A stretch of DNA of 34,020 bases. It comes from a virus. Its lineage: Duplodnaviria; Caudoviricetes. The stretch covers positions 1 to 34,020 of the IMG/VR virus record IMGVR_UViG_3300030372_003397. One strand, 5' to 3'. Below the pieces are notes generated by a model that was given only the letters and a program-made list of their open reading frames with translations, was not told where the DNA came from and searched no databases. The stretch's first letter is position 1. Every line of letters begins with the position of its first letter. Positions 19,218 through 27,516 of the stretch are shown here, one piece after another. The translations under genes were made by a program, and so were the position numbers.

Positions 19218-19283
19218 TTTAACTACTCCTCAATTTCTAATATAAGATAATTATATACCTATGCTCTGAAAGGGCAACTTCTT
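19218..19283 (-). promoter_or_regulatory. Sigma70-type promoter plus RBS cassette, copy 1
   Basis: AAGAAGTTGCCC...ATAGGTATATAAT...CTTATATTA...GAGGAGTAGT; matches 23929-23990. Confidence 0.7.
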
Positions 19284-19304
19284 TATCAAGTACTTTTGTA
19301 GTAG

Positions 19305-20510
19305 TTACTCTTCTTCTTCAATATTAGGAAACATCTCTGACACTTTTTTGGTTATATTAGTAATTGATAAAATTGTTGATAATGTTACATGACTCTTAAC
19401 GGATCCAACAGGATAATTCATTTCTTTGTCTAATCTTGCTAAAGTTCCGTCATCTAAAACATATTGACCAAATTCGCCAATTTTATAAATATAATTATTA
19501 TCAATTGAAATTACATCATCTCCAAAAAACTCTAAATATTGTAATTGCAATTTCCAACTACCACCTAATAAGTGAACAGGTCGGCCTTTAAATGCCTCAT
19601 AATTAACTTCAGTACCACCATAAGAAGTAGGAACAGAAAAACCTAATACATATTTTTCAGGAATTTTATCAATGCAATCATATTTAGGAATTAAAATTGT
19701 GTTTTCAGCATATTCATCAACTTCTTCTGCAAAGTCCATAATTTGTTCAAAAGTATAATATTCAATATCATTTTCTCTGCATTGGTCCGATGACATAATA
19801 TCTCTAGTTGTTGCATATTTAGGTTTAAAATGCGAAACTGCTTTAATATGTCTTTCATGATTATAACCTTTCCACTCGTTATCAATAAATTCAATTTTAT
19901 GGCTCCAGTCAAATCTATTTCTTATTTCAGGCTTATCAACATATCTATGGCACTCTTTACTAATGGATCCGCAAAGCCAACCAAATTCTTTAGCAACAAA
20001 TGTAGTAGTTGCATAAGGACTAAAACTATAAATTAAATCTAAAGGTAATTTTCTTTTAAAGTTTTTTGGCTTACTATCATCTACTGCTTTATTAGTATCT
20101 AAATCAAGAGGTGTTTCAAGTTCAGCTAATAATGCGTCTAAATCATCTCCGTCAAATCCTGTTCCAATTAATGTATCAGTTTTAGCAATATCAGTTAATA
20201 AATCCTTTAAAACATCATTATTGTACATACTTATGTCGCCAAGCCTATTATCTGCTAATACTATTTTTTTGGCAGTTATATCATCTACATCAACAAATTC
20301 AGCCTCTATTGTTTTATTGCCTAGCATTTTCATAGCTAAATAAGTATGATTTCCTGCAAGTATTTCCATAGTCCTTTTATTAACAACGATACTTCTAAAC
20401 TGGCCAAATTCCTCTATTGAAGTTGCAATTGCTCCTACATCTCCTTGATTTGGATTATCAGGATATAGTTTTAGTTCTGTTAGTTTTACTGTCTTTTTTT
20501 CGACTATCAT
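19305..20510 (-). CDS. ParB/Srx-like N-terminal domain fused to TGT/DpdA-like domain; candidate 7-deazaguanine DNA transglycosylase
   Basis: ParB-N motifs YPDNP, SIEEFG, ILAGNH, LADNR; C-domain FIDN...TTRDI...PVHLLGG...SIDNN resembles TGT-fold signatures (from memory DUF6610-like); start set at ATG 20510 after GAGGAAAGGA. Confidence 0.65.
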   Translation of the reverse strand: MIVEKKTVKLTELKLYPDNPNQGDVGAIATSIEEFGQFRSIVVNKRTMEILAGNHTYLAMKMLGNKTIEAEFVDVDDITAKKIVLADNRLGDISMYNNDVLKDLLTDIAKTDTLIGTGFDGDDLDALLAELETPLDLDTNKAVDDSKPKNFKRKLPLDLIYSFSPYATTTFVAKEFGWLCGSISKECHRYVDKPEIRNRFDWSHKIEFIDNEWKGYNHERHIKAVSHFKPKYATTRDIMSSDQCRENDIEYYTFEQIMDFAEEVDEYAENTILIPKYDCIDKIPEKYVLGFSVPTSYGGTEVNYEAFKGRPVHLLGGSWKLQLQYLEFFGDDVISIDNNYIYKIGEFGQYVLDDGTLARLDKEMNYPVGSVKSHVTLSTILSITNITKKVSEMFPNIEEEE

Positions 20511-20688
20511 TTTTAGTCCTTTCCTCATAACACTCTCTGCAACTTATTACAAAATATTCTCCTAAATTAAAAAAATATGTTTCCTTATGAATTATTTGAG
20601 ATCGCATAAAAAAAATTGTCTTTAATAATGTATTGCAAAAACTACAATTGTAATTTATAGGTTGTAATATATCTTGTGCATTTATCAT
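20458..20688 (-). CDS. Small zinc-finger protein
   Basis: CSFC...CREC; TAATG-coupled to the rep gene. Confidence 0.6.
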   Translation of the reverse strand: MINAQDILQPINYNCSFCNTLLKTIFFMRSQIIHKETYFFNLGEYFVISCRECYEERTKNDSRKKDSKTNRTKTIS

Positions 20689-21449
20689 TATTTACTCTTT
20701 TCCATTTTACAATGATTACAATAAAAAATTACATCTAAATCAATAAATCTATGGCCGTCAGTTTCACAATTATGCTTTTTAACTCTTTTAACTTCTGCTC
20801 TTTTCAATATTTGGCCAAAATTACTTGCAATACCAGTAGGAGTAATATCAATATCTTTCCAATTAGTTTTATACCACTCGCTAACTAATTTAATTTCATC
20901 AACAGTAGCTTTTACTTCTTTTAAATCTTTAGTAGCTTTTTGCACTCGTCCTAATTCTCCTCTTGGTGCTCTAGTCCAGTCAATACCGCATTGGTTACAT
21001 AACTCTTCAAAAATTAAATCTCTTTTCCTTTCCTTTTTTTGTGATCCGCTTGTTATATTGGTTTTTGTTCTATTGGTTATTGTTAGGTCATCCTTGAGGC
21101 TAACATCGGTGTTATTACTGACACTAGCAGGGGTATCATCACTGGTACTAGTAGGTATAGTTTTTAATGTATATAAATTACTTTGATTAGCTCCATTTTC
21201 TTTTGGAGGCCGTCTTGTTATTTGGATCGCATTTATTTTAACTAATTCTTTTAAACACCTATCTACTGAACTTGCATGACAATTAATATCTTTAGCTAAT
21301 CTTTTACGACTTGGAAAACATTTATTAGTATTTCTATCTGCATATTTCCATAAAGCACCATAAAGGACTTTTGCCTTATCAGAAATATTACTTAATAAAA
21401 TCCATTCAGGTATAATTACAAATCTATTATCTATATCTAATTTATCCAA
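20688..21449 (-). CDS. Replication initiator-like HTH protein (TTG start)
   Basis: AKVLYG.L, CFPSRKRLA, SVDRCLKEL, SNLY motifs followed by low-complexity linker. Confidence 0.78.
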   Translation of the reverse strand: MDKLDIDNRFVIIPEWILLSNISDKAKVLYGALWKYADRNTNKCFPSRKRLAKDINCHASSVDRCLKELVKINAIQITRRPPKENGANQSNLYTLKTIPTSTSDDTPASVSNNTDVSLKDDLTITNRTKTNITSGSQKKERKRDLIFEELCNQCGIDWTRAPRGELGRVQKATKDLKEVKATVDEIKLVSEWYKTNWKDIDITPTGIASNFGQILKRAEVKRVKKHNCETDGHRFIDLDVIFYCNHCKMEKSK

Positions 21450-21719
21450 TTTTACTAACTCCTATATCCTTAATGATTATAAGCTCCTAGGTCTTACCGT
21501 TTATGCCTGAATTATTTTTCCTCTTGTCTCAGGGCAACCTCAGGTATGTTTTTTCTAAAGTTGTTATAAATAGGCTATTTTTTAACTGCTAGGCAGGTGC
21601 GGAGTAGTTAATTCTTTTCCTGCCTAACAATTTTCTTTCTAGCTTGCGTTTCACTAAAGGGCTGAAATGAAGCTAAAAAGGTGTTCCGTACGTATGGAGA
21701 TTATATTCAATCTCCTTAA

Positions 21720-22055
21720 TTACTTACTTGTTTGTAATGCCTTTAGTTCAGTTATTTTTGCACTTGCTTGAGCTAAAGTATAATTAGACATATTTTCAGT
21801 TATATTAAGTTCTTCGCATAACTTATTTAACAAATATTCCTGTTTATCAGTCATAGGTACACTTCCTCCGGATCCAGTTTGAATTGGTTGAGAAGTGTAA
21901 TCAGAACTACTACTTTTATCCTCGCCAACAATTCTTATCATTGCTTGAAACAAAGTATTAGTTTCCGAACTAATATCTCCTACTTTAATTTTATCATTTA
22001 CTGCTAACTCCACAGCCCCTTTTAGTGCTACTTGCACCATAATTTCTTTGTTCAT
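21720..22055 (-). CDS. Hypothetical protein, possibly DNA binding/recombination
   Basis: QVALKGAVEL and MTDKQ...QASAKI..LK motifs; AGGAG RBS. Confidence 0.55.
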   Translation of the reverse strand: MNKEIMVQVALKGAVELAVNDKIKVGDISSETNTLFQAMIRIVGEDKSSSSDYTSQPIQTGSGGSVPMTDKQEYLLNKLCEELNITENMSNYTLAQASAKITELKALQTSK

Positions 22056-22069
22056 TTGAACTCCTTTAG

Positions 22070-22318
22070 TTACTTAATCGATATTATATTAGTTACTTGG
22101 GATAGATTTCCTGTTTTTACCCAATCAGTTATATTTTTTTTAGCCCATATTGGTTTATTATCAATATAACCAAAAGGGGCCGGCATTTTCTCGCTTGCCT
22201 TATATTGCCAAATAGTTCTTTCTTTTACTTTAAGTAAGTTTGCAATATCAGTAGCGGTCATAAAGTTATCAGTAAAGTCATTAAATAATTTTTCTAAAAT
22301 ATCATCAGCTAAATCCAT
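22070..22318 (-). CDS. AlpA/excisionase-like HTH regulator
   Basis: MTATDIANLLKVKERTI....MPAP......PIW...I..W. Confidence 0.75.
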   Translation of the reverse strand: MDLADDILEKLFNDFTDNFMTATDIANLLKVKERTIWQYKASEKMPAPFGYIDNKPIWAKKNITDWVKTGNLSQVTNIISIK

Positions 22319-22753
22319 TTAAGCCACCTCTAATTGCTCTTTATAATAAGCAATACTTTCTTTAGTGTCTTTTATAGCCTCATTAACAATATCAATAACA
22401 GAATAATAACTATCGGATTGATTATCTAAACAACTGCGGATCACTTCAGTTACTTTATCACTAAATTGGTCTTTATCATCATAATCTAATATTTGTACCA
22501 ATAAACAAAGTTCGTGCTCCCATTTCCATGGCTTTTCATAAAAGTCAATTACTGAGCTTGGACTATCTAAAATATCCCACTCAACTAAAGTTCTTGCACA
22601 AGTTTGCATAGTATCGCCACCAAAACCTGCAATTGAACTTCTAGCCCATAATAATTTTCTTTTACTTTTTCGTAAATAGTTCCTTTTAAATTGAACTAAT
22701 TCTCGATAATCATCTTTATGACTATTTAAAAAATATTCATCGTCAAATTTCAT
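22319..22753 (-). CDS. Hypothetical protein
   Basis: 144 aa ORF in a tightly packed operon. Confidence 0.7.
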   Translation of the reverse strand: MKFDDEYFLNSHKDDYRELVQFKRNYLRKSKRKLLWARSSIAGFGGDTMQTCARTLVEWDILDSPSSVIDFYEKPWKWEHELCLLVQILDYDDKDQFSDKVTEVIRSCLDNQSDSYYSVIDIVNEAIKDTKESIAYYKEQLEVA

Positions 22754-22898
22754 TTTTTATTTTCTCCAATCTTGCCGGTATTACTTTTGTTCTATTACAT
22801 TTATCGCAACATACTCCTATGCTTACCGGATCCGCATTATTAGGAATACCTCTTATAGTTTTTAAACATATCCAACAAGTGCTTAATTCTTTGGCCAT
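22743..22898 (-). CDS. Small zinc-binding protein (start revised to 22898)
   Basis: CWIC...NNADP....CCDKCN...VIPAR; TAATG coupling. Confidence 0.68.
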   Translation of the reverse strand: MAKELSTCWICLKTIRGIPNNADPVSIGVCCDKCNRTKVIPARLEKIKNEI

Positions 22899-23170
22899 TA
22901 TGCTACTTTCTTTTTTGATATATAATAAACATATTTGCAATCGTCCCAACTTGCTCTACCTATTGCAGCACTTTCTGCATATTGATAACCTTTATCAGTT
23001 TCAATTTGTGTATAAAATAAATCTCCTACACCTTTTTCTACTTGATAATAAAATGTATATCTCCATACATTTTTAGTTTTATTAATTAGAGGATAATGAC
23101 CTTGATTTTTTCTAACTCCAGTAACTTCTCTATGCGCTTGTCTTTTCACAGTTTTATATAAAATAGGCAT
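22898..23170 (-). CDS. Hypothetical protein
   Basis: 90 aa, GAGG RBS, operon packing. Confidence 0.65.
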   Translation of the reverse strand: MPILYKTVKRQAHREVTGVRKNQGHYPLINKTKNVWRYTFYYQVEKGVGDLFYTQIETDKGYQYAESAAIGRASWDDCKYVYYISKKKVA

Positions 23171-23172
23171 AA

Positions 23173-23379
23173 TTATATCCTCTCTTCATTTTCGCCAAAC
23201 ATATTAGTACTATGTAAGGTTTCGCCATTTTGCATACGGCCAATAAAGTCCGTATAATCTTTTTTTGGTTCTCGCTCTAACCATTTTTGTATCTCCCATA
23301 TAAGTGATCCAAACATTATGGTCATAAATATCATCATTATCCACTCATATAAGTTTGCACCATTGTATAAAGTGTCCAT
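23173..23379 (-). CDS. Small membrane protein
   Basis: One hydrophobic segment WIMMIFMTIMFGSLIW. Confidence 0.65.
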   Translation of the reverse strand: MDTLYNGANLYEWIMMIFMTIMFGSLIWEIQKWLEREPKKDYTDFIGRMQNGETLHSTNMFGENEERI

Positions 23380-23564
23380 TATATATCCTCTACTAATAGT
23401 CTTACTTCATCATTAGTAAGATATTTTCTAGCCTCTTCAGTTTCAGGATGAAACATTAATCTAGAATTAGCTAAACTCATAGCTAAATCTTGATTAACTT
23501 TTTGCCAATTCAAATATTTTGCACTTGTTATTGCAATTATTACTAACTTAATAAATAACTTCAT
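23379..23564 (-). CDS. Hypothetical protein
   Basis: TAATG-coupled on both sides, AGGAG RBS. Confidence 0.65.
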   Translation of the reverse strand: MKLFIKLVIIAITSAKYLNWQKVNQDLAMSLANSRLMFHPETEEARKYLTNDEVRLLVEDI

Positions 23565-23689
23565 TACTTTTCTCCTTTAATAAATCGTTCAACAATAATA
23601 TCATCTGCACACTTAGCAATTGTATGCAAATCATCTCTATCTAATTTTTTAGCGTTTTTTATAATGTATAATATATTTTCTAATTCCAT
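23564..23689 (-). CDS. 41-aa hypothetical protein MELENILYIIKNAKK...KGEK (not in ORF track)
   Basis: Exactly fills the gap with TAATG overlaps at both ends; GAGGT RBS. Confidence 0.65.
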   Translation of the reverse strand: MELENILYIIKNAKKLDRDDLHTIAKCADDIIVERFIKGEK

Positions 23690-23928
23690 TATCTAACACC
23701 TCGATTACCTCTAGGAATAGGCTTTGCATTATGGTTAAGACCAATTTCAGCACTATCACTAATTAACTCTAAGTTAATAGGGTCAGTTATAATAGGACTA
23801 TACAATTGCACTATTCTATCGGAACTAGCTACATGAGTTAAAAAAACTCTTGCACCTTTGATATAACCTACATATTCTTTGCCAGTAAGTAACATATCAT
23901 TATCATTTTTGGCTTTATATACTTTCAT
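23689..23928 (-). CDS. Hypothetical protein
   Basis: 79 aa, GAGGAG RBS, follows promoter cassette. Confidence 0.68.
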   Translation of the reverse strand: MKVYKAKNDNDMLLTGKEYVGYIKGARVFLTHVASSDRIVQLYSPIITDPINLELISDSAEIGLNHNAKPIPRGNRGVR

Positions 23929-23990
23929 TTACTACTCCTCGTTAATATAAGTTTATTATATACCTATATTAAGAAAAACAACAACTTCTT
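23929..23990 (-). promoter_or_regulatory. Sigma70-type promoter plus RBS cassette, copy 2
   Basis: AAGAAGTTG...ATAGGTATATAAT...CTTATATTA..GAGGAGTAGT. Confidence 0.7.
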
Positions 23991-24000
23991 GTATATTTTT

Positions 24001-24540
24001 TTATTTAACTAAACTAAGGAATTCAGCCCTAGTTTCGGGCTCTTTTCTAAAGGCTCCTTGCATTACGGAAGTAATCATTTGGCCGTCTGTTTTAATACCT
24101 CTTGCAACCATACATAAATGTTGCCCCTCTGCATAAACTGCAATATCTTTTGTTTCAACAAGTGATCCAAGTTCGTCTGCTATATCCTGTACTAATTTTT
24201 CCTGTAATTGTAATTTATGTGCATGTTTATGTGCAACTCTAGCAAATTTAGATAAACCTAAGACTTTCTTTTTTGTTATATAACCTATTGAAATAGTTGA
24301 ATTAAAAGGCATTAAATGGTGTTCACATAAAGACCATACTTTTATATTTTTTACTATTACCATTTGGTCAGCTTTTACTGCTTCAAATGTTGTTTCAATT
24401 TTTCCTGGTTCGTAATTAATAAATTCGTTCCAATATTTAGCAACTCTTTTAGGTGTTTCTAATAGTCCGTCCCTTTTTGGATTTTCGCCTAACTCTCTTA
24501 ATAATGAAACTATTAGTTGTTCTATCCTTTTTTGGTTCAT
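24001..24540 (-). CDS. folE: GTP cyclohydrolase I
   Basis: GLLETPKRVA, SLCEHHLMPF, GLSKFAR, LQE, HLCM..RG; ATGA-coupled start at 24540. Confidence 0.96.
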   Translation of the reverse strand: MNQKRIEQLIVSLLRELGENPKRDGLLETPKRVAKYWNEFINYEPGKIETTFEAVKADQMVIVKNIKVWSLCEHHLMPFNSTISIGYITKKKVLGLSKFARVAHKHAHKLQLQEKLVQDIADELGSLVETKDIAVYAEGQHLCMVARGIKTDGQMITSVMQGAFRKEPETRAEFLSLVK

Positions 24541-25274
24541 TTTGCTCTTTCCTTGTTCCATAATAAAGTATGCAACCTCGGGCTTAAATTAAAACCTGCC
24601 TTTAATATTTCAGGAGCTAAATTATACATATTTATAAATTGGTCTTTGTTATTACTACCCTCTGCCATAATATAAATATTTCTTAATTTATTTTCTTTTA
24701 CTATATTTTTAACTATGTCTAAATCTTGCGGATCACTTACTACAAACTTAAACATACAATTTTTTGCGTTACTTTGATATTGTTGCAAAACTTTAGGTTT
24801 AATAGTTTTATCTAAACTCATACCACTATTAGGTAACTTAGGGCTGCAATTTATATAATCAACATATTTAAAAAACTCTTCATCTTTTATTTGTACTGTT
24901 CCATTAGTTTCAATTTCTATTTTATATTTTTCTTGTTTTAGCATTTTCATAATAATTAACAACTTAGTTTGTTGTACCATTGGTTCGCCACCACTTATAA
25001 CAATATGACTACCTTTAGGTAATTTCATTTGACTAATTTGAAATAAAATTTGTTCAGGATACATACCGATAGTTTCCTTTTTTGGATCATATATAACTCC
25101 ATTTTTACCTTTCCAGTCCCATGTATAAGGAGTATCACACCAGCTACAAGTTAAATTGCAACCACTTGTCCTAATAAAAGCACATAACTTACCTACTGTT
25201 TGTCCCTCGCCTTGAAAAGTAGGTCCAAATATTTCATTAATCCTAATTAATGGCAACCTAACTGCATTAGTCAT
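24537..25274 (-). CDS. queE: 7-carboxy-7-deazaguanine synthase (radical SAM)
   Basis: EIFGPTFQGEG, CNLTCSWCDT, SGGEP, IETNG, SPKL, PRLH. Confidence 0.95.
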   Translation of the reverse strand: MTNAVRLPLIRINEIFGPTFQGEGQTVGKLCAFIRTSGCNLTCSWCDTPYTWDWKGKNGVIYDPKKETIGMYPEQILFQISQMKLPKGSHIVISGGEPMVQQTKLLIIMKMLKQEKYKIEIETNGTVQIKDEEFFKYVDYINCSPKLPNSGMSLDKTIKPKVLQQYQSNAKNCMFKFVVSDPQDLDIVKNIVKENKLRNIYIMAEGSNNKDQFINMYNLAPEILKAGFNLSPRLHTLLWNKERAK

Positions 25275-25645
25275 TATTGTTTATAACTAGCAAAAGTCTT
25301 TGGTGTTTCGCTAACTACTACCTCTTGTACTAATAAATTTTTATCTATTTGGCTAAAAGCTAATTTAAAATAATGATATAAATATTGTGCTAAGTTTTCA
25401 GCACTAGTTTGAAAGTCAAATATATCATTTAAGTTTTTATGGTCTAATTCATTATCAATATATTTTTTTATAAAGTCCATTTTTCCATAATCGAATACAA
25501 AGCCGTCATTATTAACTTCATTTGAACTTAATATAACTTCAACTTTATAATTATGGCCGTGCAACCTACCGCACTTATGACCCTCTTCTAAACCATGTAA
25601 TTGGTGCGCACTAGCAAATTCAAATACTTTACCAATTGTAAACAT
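25274..25645 (-). CDS. queD: 6-carboxy-5,6,7,8-tetrahydropterin synthase
   Basis: F.SAHQL, CGRLHGHNY, LDHKNLN, SAENLA, SETPKT. Confidence 0.95.
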   Translation of the reverse strand: MFTIGKVFEFASAHQLHGLEEGHKCGRLHGHNYKVEVILSSNEVNNDGFVFDYGKMDFIKKYIDNELDHKNLNDIFDFQTSAENLAQYLYHYFKLAFSQIDKNLLVQEVVVSETPKTFASYKQ

Positions 25646-25649
25646 TTAT

Positions 25650-26432
25650 TTACTTGCTTTCGGTCCACTCTTTTTCTAATTTAAGAGCATTTTCAAGTGC
25701 ATTATCCCAACCGTCAATATATTCAACTGGATCTCTACGACCTAATTTCCAAAAGGCTAATATTCTTTCGACATCGCTTCCTGTTTTACCATTAGCACGT
25801 CCTTTTTCATCAGGAGCATAACTTGTATTAGTATTAGCAAAAATAGTATTAAATTCTAAACCTAACTTATTGCAATTAGAATCACAATCTTGAAGTATTG
25901 TGAATTTATCTCCGTCAATATAAGGCAACTTTAATTGCACTAATTCGTTATCCCAATTTCCAATTCTAAAAGCATTCATAGCTTCGACATAAAATTCTGG
26001 TCTGCAATCAGGGTAAATTTCATGGTCTCCGCTATGAACACCTAAGCCAATATCTACTTGGCAGTTTTCTCTCGTTGCAATAGACAGGGCATATCCGGCT
26101 ATCATTGAGAAAAATATCATATTTCTATTTGGGACAACAGTCGCTTTCATATTATCTTGTTCGTAATGACCTTCAGGTACTTCAATATTATCAGTGACTA
26201 AAGCAGATTCATATATGTTACCTAATTGACTTACATCTAAAATAGTATGTTCAACTTGAAAACCTTTTTCTTTTAAATAAACTAAATTATCAGCTAATCT
26301 TTCCAGTTCTAATTTATGTTTTTGTCCATAATCAAAACTTAAAGCACTTACTTTATAGTCATTAGCTAAAAATGACACTAATAAAGCCGTACTATCCATA
26401 CCACCACTTAAACTTAATACTGCTCTTTTCAT
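25650..26432 (-). CDS. queC: 7-cyano-7-deazaguanine (preQ0) synthase
   Basis: SGGMDS, FDYGQKH, VPNRN, YPDCRPEF; ATGA-coupled start at 26432. Confidence 0.95.
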   Translation of the reverse strand: MKRAVLSLSGGMDSTALLVSFLANDYKVSALSFDYGQKHKLELERLADNLVYLKEKGFQVEHTILDVSQLGNIYESALVTDNIEVPEGHYEQDNMKATVVPNRNMIFFSMIAGYALSIATRENCQVDIGLGVHSGDHEIYPDCRPEFYVEAMNAFRIGNWDNELVQLKLPYIDGDKFTILQDCDSNCNKLGLEFNTIFANTNTSYAPDEKGRANGKTGSDVERILAFWKLGRRDPVEYIDGWDNALENALKLEKEWTESK

Positions 26433-26824
26433 TGTTCGCAATATCCTACTGAAGTAGTTTCAATACCGCCTCTTTTACTTTGTTTATTTGTAACTTTTAC
26501 CCATTTAGGATCCAAAGTATCAAATAATTTTTGTGCAATATCACTTGCTAATGCTTCGCAAAAATGACCAACTTCTCTAAATGTCCATAAATATAGCTTT
26601 AAAGATTTACTTTCAATACATAACTCATTTGGTTCATATAAAATCGTTAATTGGCCAAAATCAGGTTGCCCAGTCATTGGACATAAACTTGTTAATTCGT
26701 CTGTCCAAAACTCTACTGTTTTAGTATTTTTTGGAGTTGGAAAAGTTTCCAATTGCTCCATAGGATTTCGTGTCTTTTTGCCTAATATAGTTAGGTCTTT
26801 TGTATATTCAGGCTCATTAGCCAT
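26429..26824 (-). CDS. queF: NADPH-dependent preQ0 reductase, type I
   Basis: SLCPMTGQPDF catalytic motif, QueF motif ESKSLKLYL, RGGI. Confidence 0.93.
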   Translation of the reverse strand: MANEPEYTKDLTILGKKTRNPMEQLETFPTPKNTKTVEFWTDELTSLCPMTGQPDFGQLTILYEPNELCIESKSLKLYLWTFREVGHFCEALASDIAQKLFDTLDPKWVKVTNKQSKRGGIETTSVGYCEQ

Positions 26825-26881
26825 TATTCCTCCTAGTTTTAAAGGTTGTCTAGTACTTTTAATTAAATATAGCAGTTAATT

Positions 26882-27415
26882 TTAAACTATGTAGCGTTTT
26901 TGTGAATTTGGTAGAGGTGCTAAGTCTTCTAATAATAAGTCCCAATAAGTAAAAGGCAGGCCAGTTTTAGATAATCCGTGCCATTTATAGCCTAAACTTT
27001 CATAAAAACCAATACTTGGTTTATTAGCAAAAAATCTAAGGTACCTTACTTTGTTATCTAAAATTTCCTTACTTAAGTAACTCATCATTTCAGAGCCAAT
27101 ATTTTTTCCTCTATAATTTTCTAAAACAAAAAAATGTCTTAAAGTGCAATGTCTCGGCTCTCGTTTAGTAAAACTAATAAACATAAATGCTTTTTGGTCT
27201 AAATGTAGTACTTTTGCATTAGGACTATTCCATTGTTTTTCTATATTCCAGTCATAAATAGCATTTTTTAAATGACTTTTACTGCTTAGTGATCCACCTT
27301 TATAATCGTCAATACTTACTAATAATGCTTTGCAATAGTCCTCATCTACTTCTCCAAAGCCATAATTATCTAACTCATCATCTAAATCGTCTAATATAGG
27401 ATTATCAAATATCAT
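26882..27415 (-). CDS. GNAT-family N-acetyltransferase
   Basis: FVLENYRGKNIG (motif A) and N..SIGFYESLGY (motif B). Confidence 0.85.
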   Translation of the reverse strand: MIFDNPILDDLDDELDNYGFGEVDEDYCKALLVSIDDYKGGSLSSKSHLKNAIYDWNIEKQWNSPNAKVLHLDQKAFMFISFTKREPRHCTLRHFFVLENYRGKNIGSEMMSYLSKEILDNKVRYLRFFANKPSIGFYESLGYKWHGLSKTGLPFTYWDLLLEDLAPLPNSQKRYIV

Positions 27416-27516
27416 TTGTGGTGTGCGTGTCCATATTTATAGTTACATATTGTTATAAATGTACCATTATCTTTAACATAAGTTGTGCAATAACTTCTAT
27501 TTTTTATTTCTTTCAT
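27412..27516 (-). CDS. 34-aa peptide MKEIKNRSYCTTYVKDNGTFITICNYKYGHAHHK
   Basis: ATGA overlaps at both ends linking the SLT and GNAT genes. Confidence 0.55.
   Translation of the reverse strand: MKEIKNRSYCTTYVKDNGTFITICNYKYGHAHHK

Noticed and set aside
19691-19912. Alternative-frame ORF inside the ParB fusion
   Set aside because: Fully nested, no motif or RBS support
21050-21090. Iterons inside the rep gene (TATTGGTT twice)
   Set aside because: Only two short AT-rich copies; insufficient to call an origin
22070-22318. Excisionase implying an integration module
   Set aside because: No tyrosine or serine integrase recognisable anywhere; HTH more safely called a regulator
26429-26824. QueF-like amidinotransferase (archaeosine pathway)
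   Set aside because: The NADPH-binding QueF motif ESKSLKLY is intact and QueC has no glutamine amidotransferase fusion, favouring preQ1
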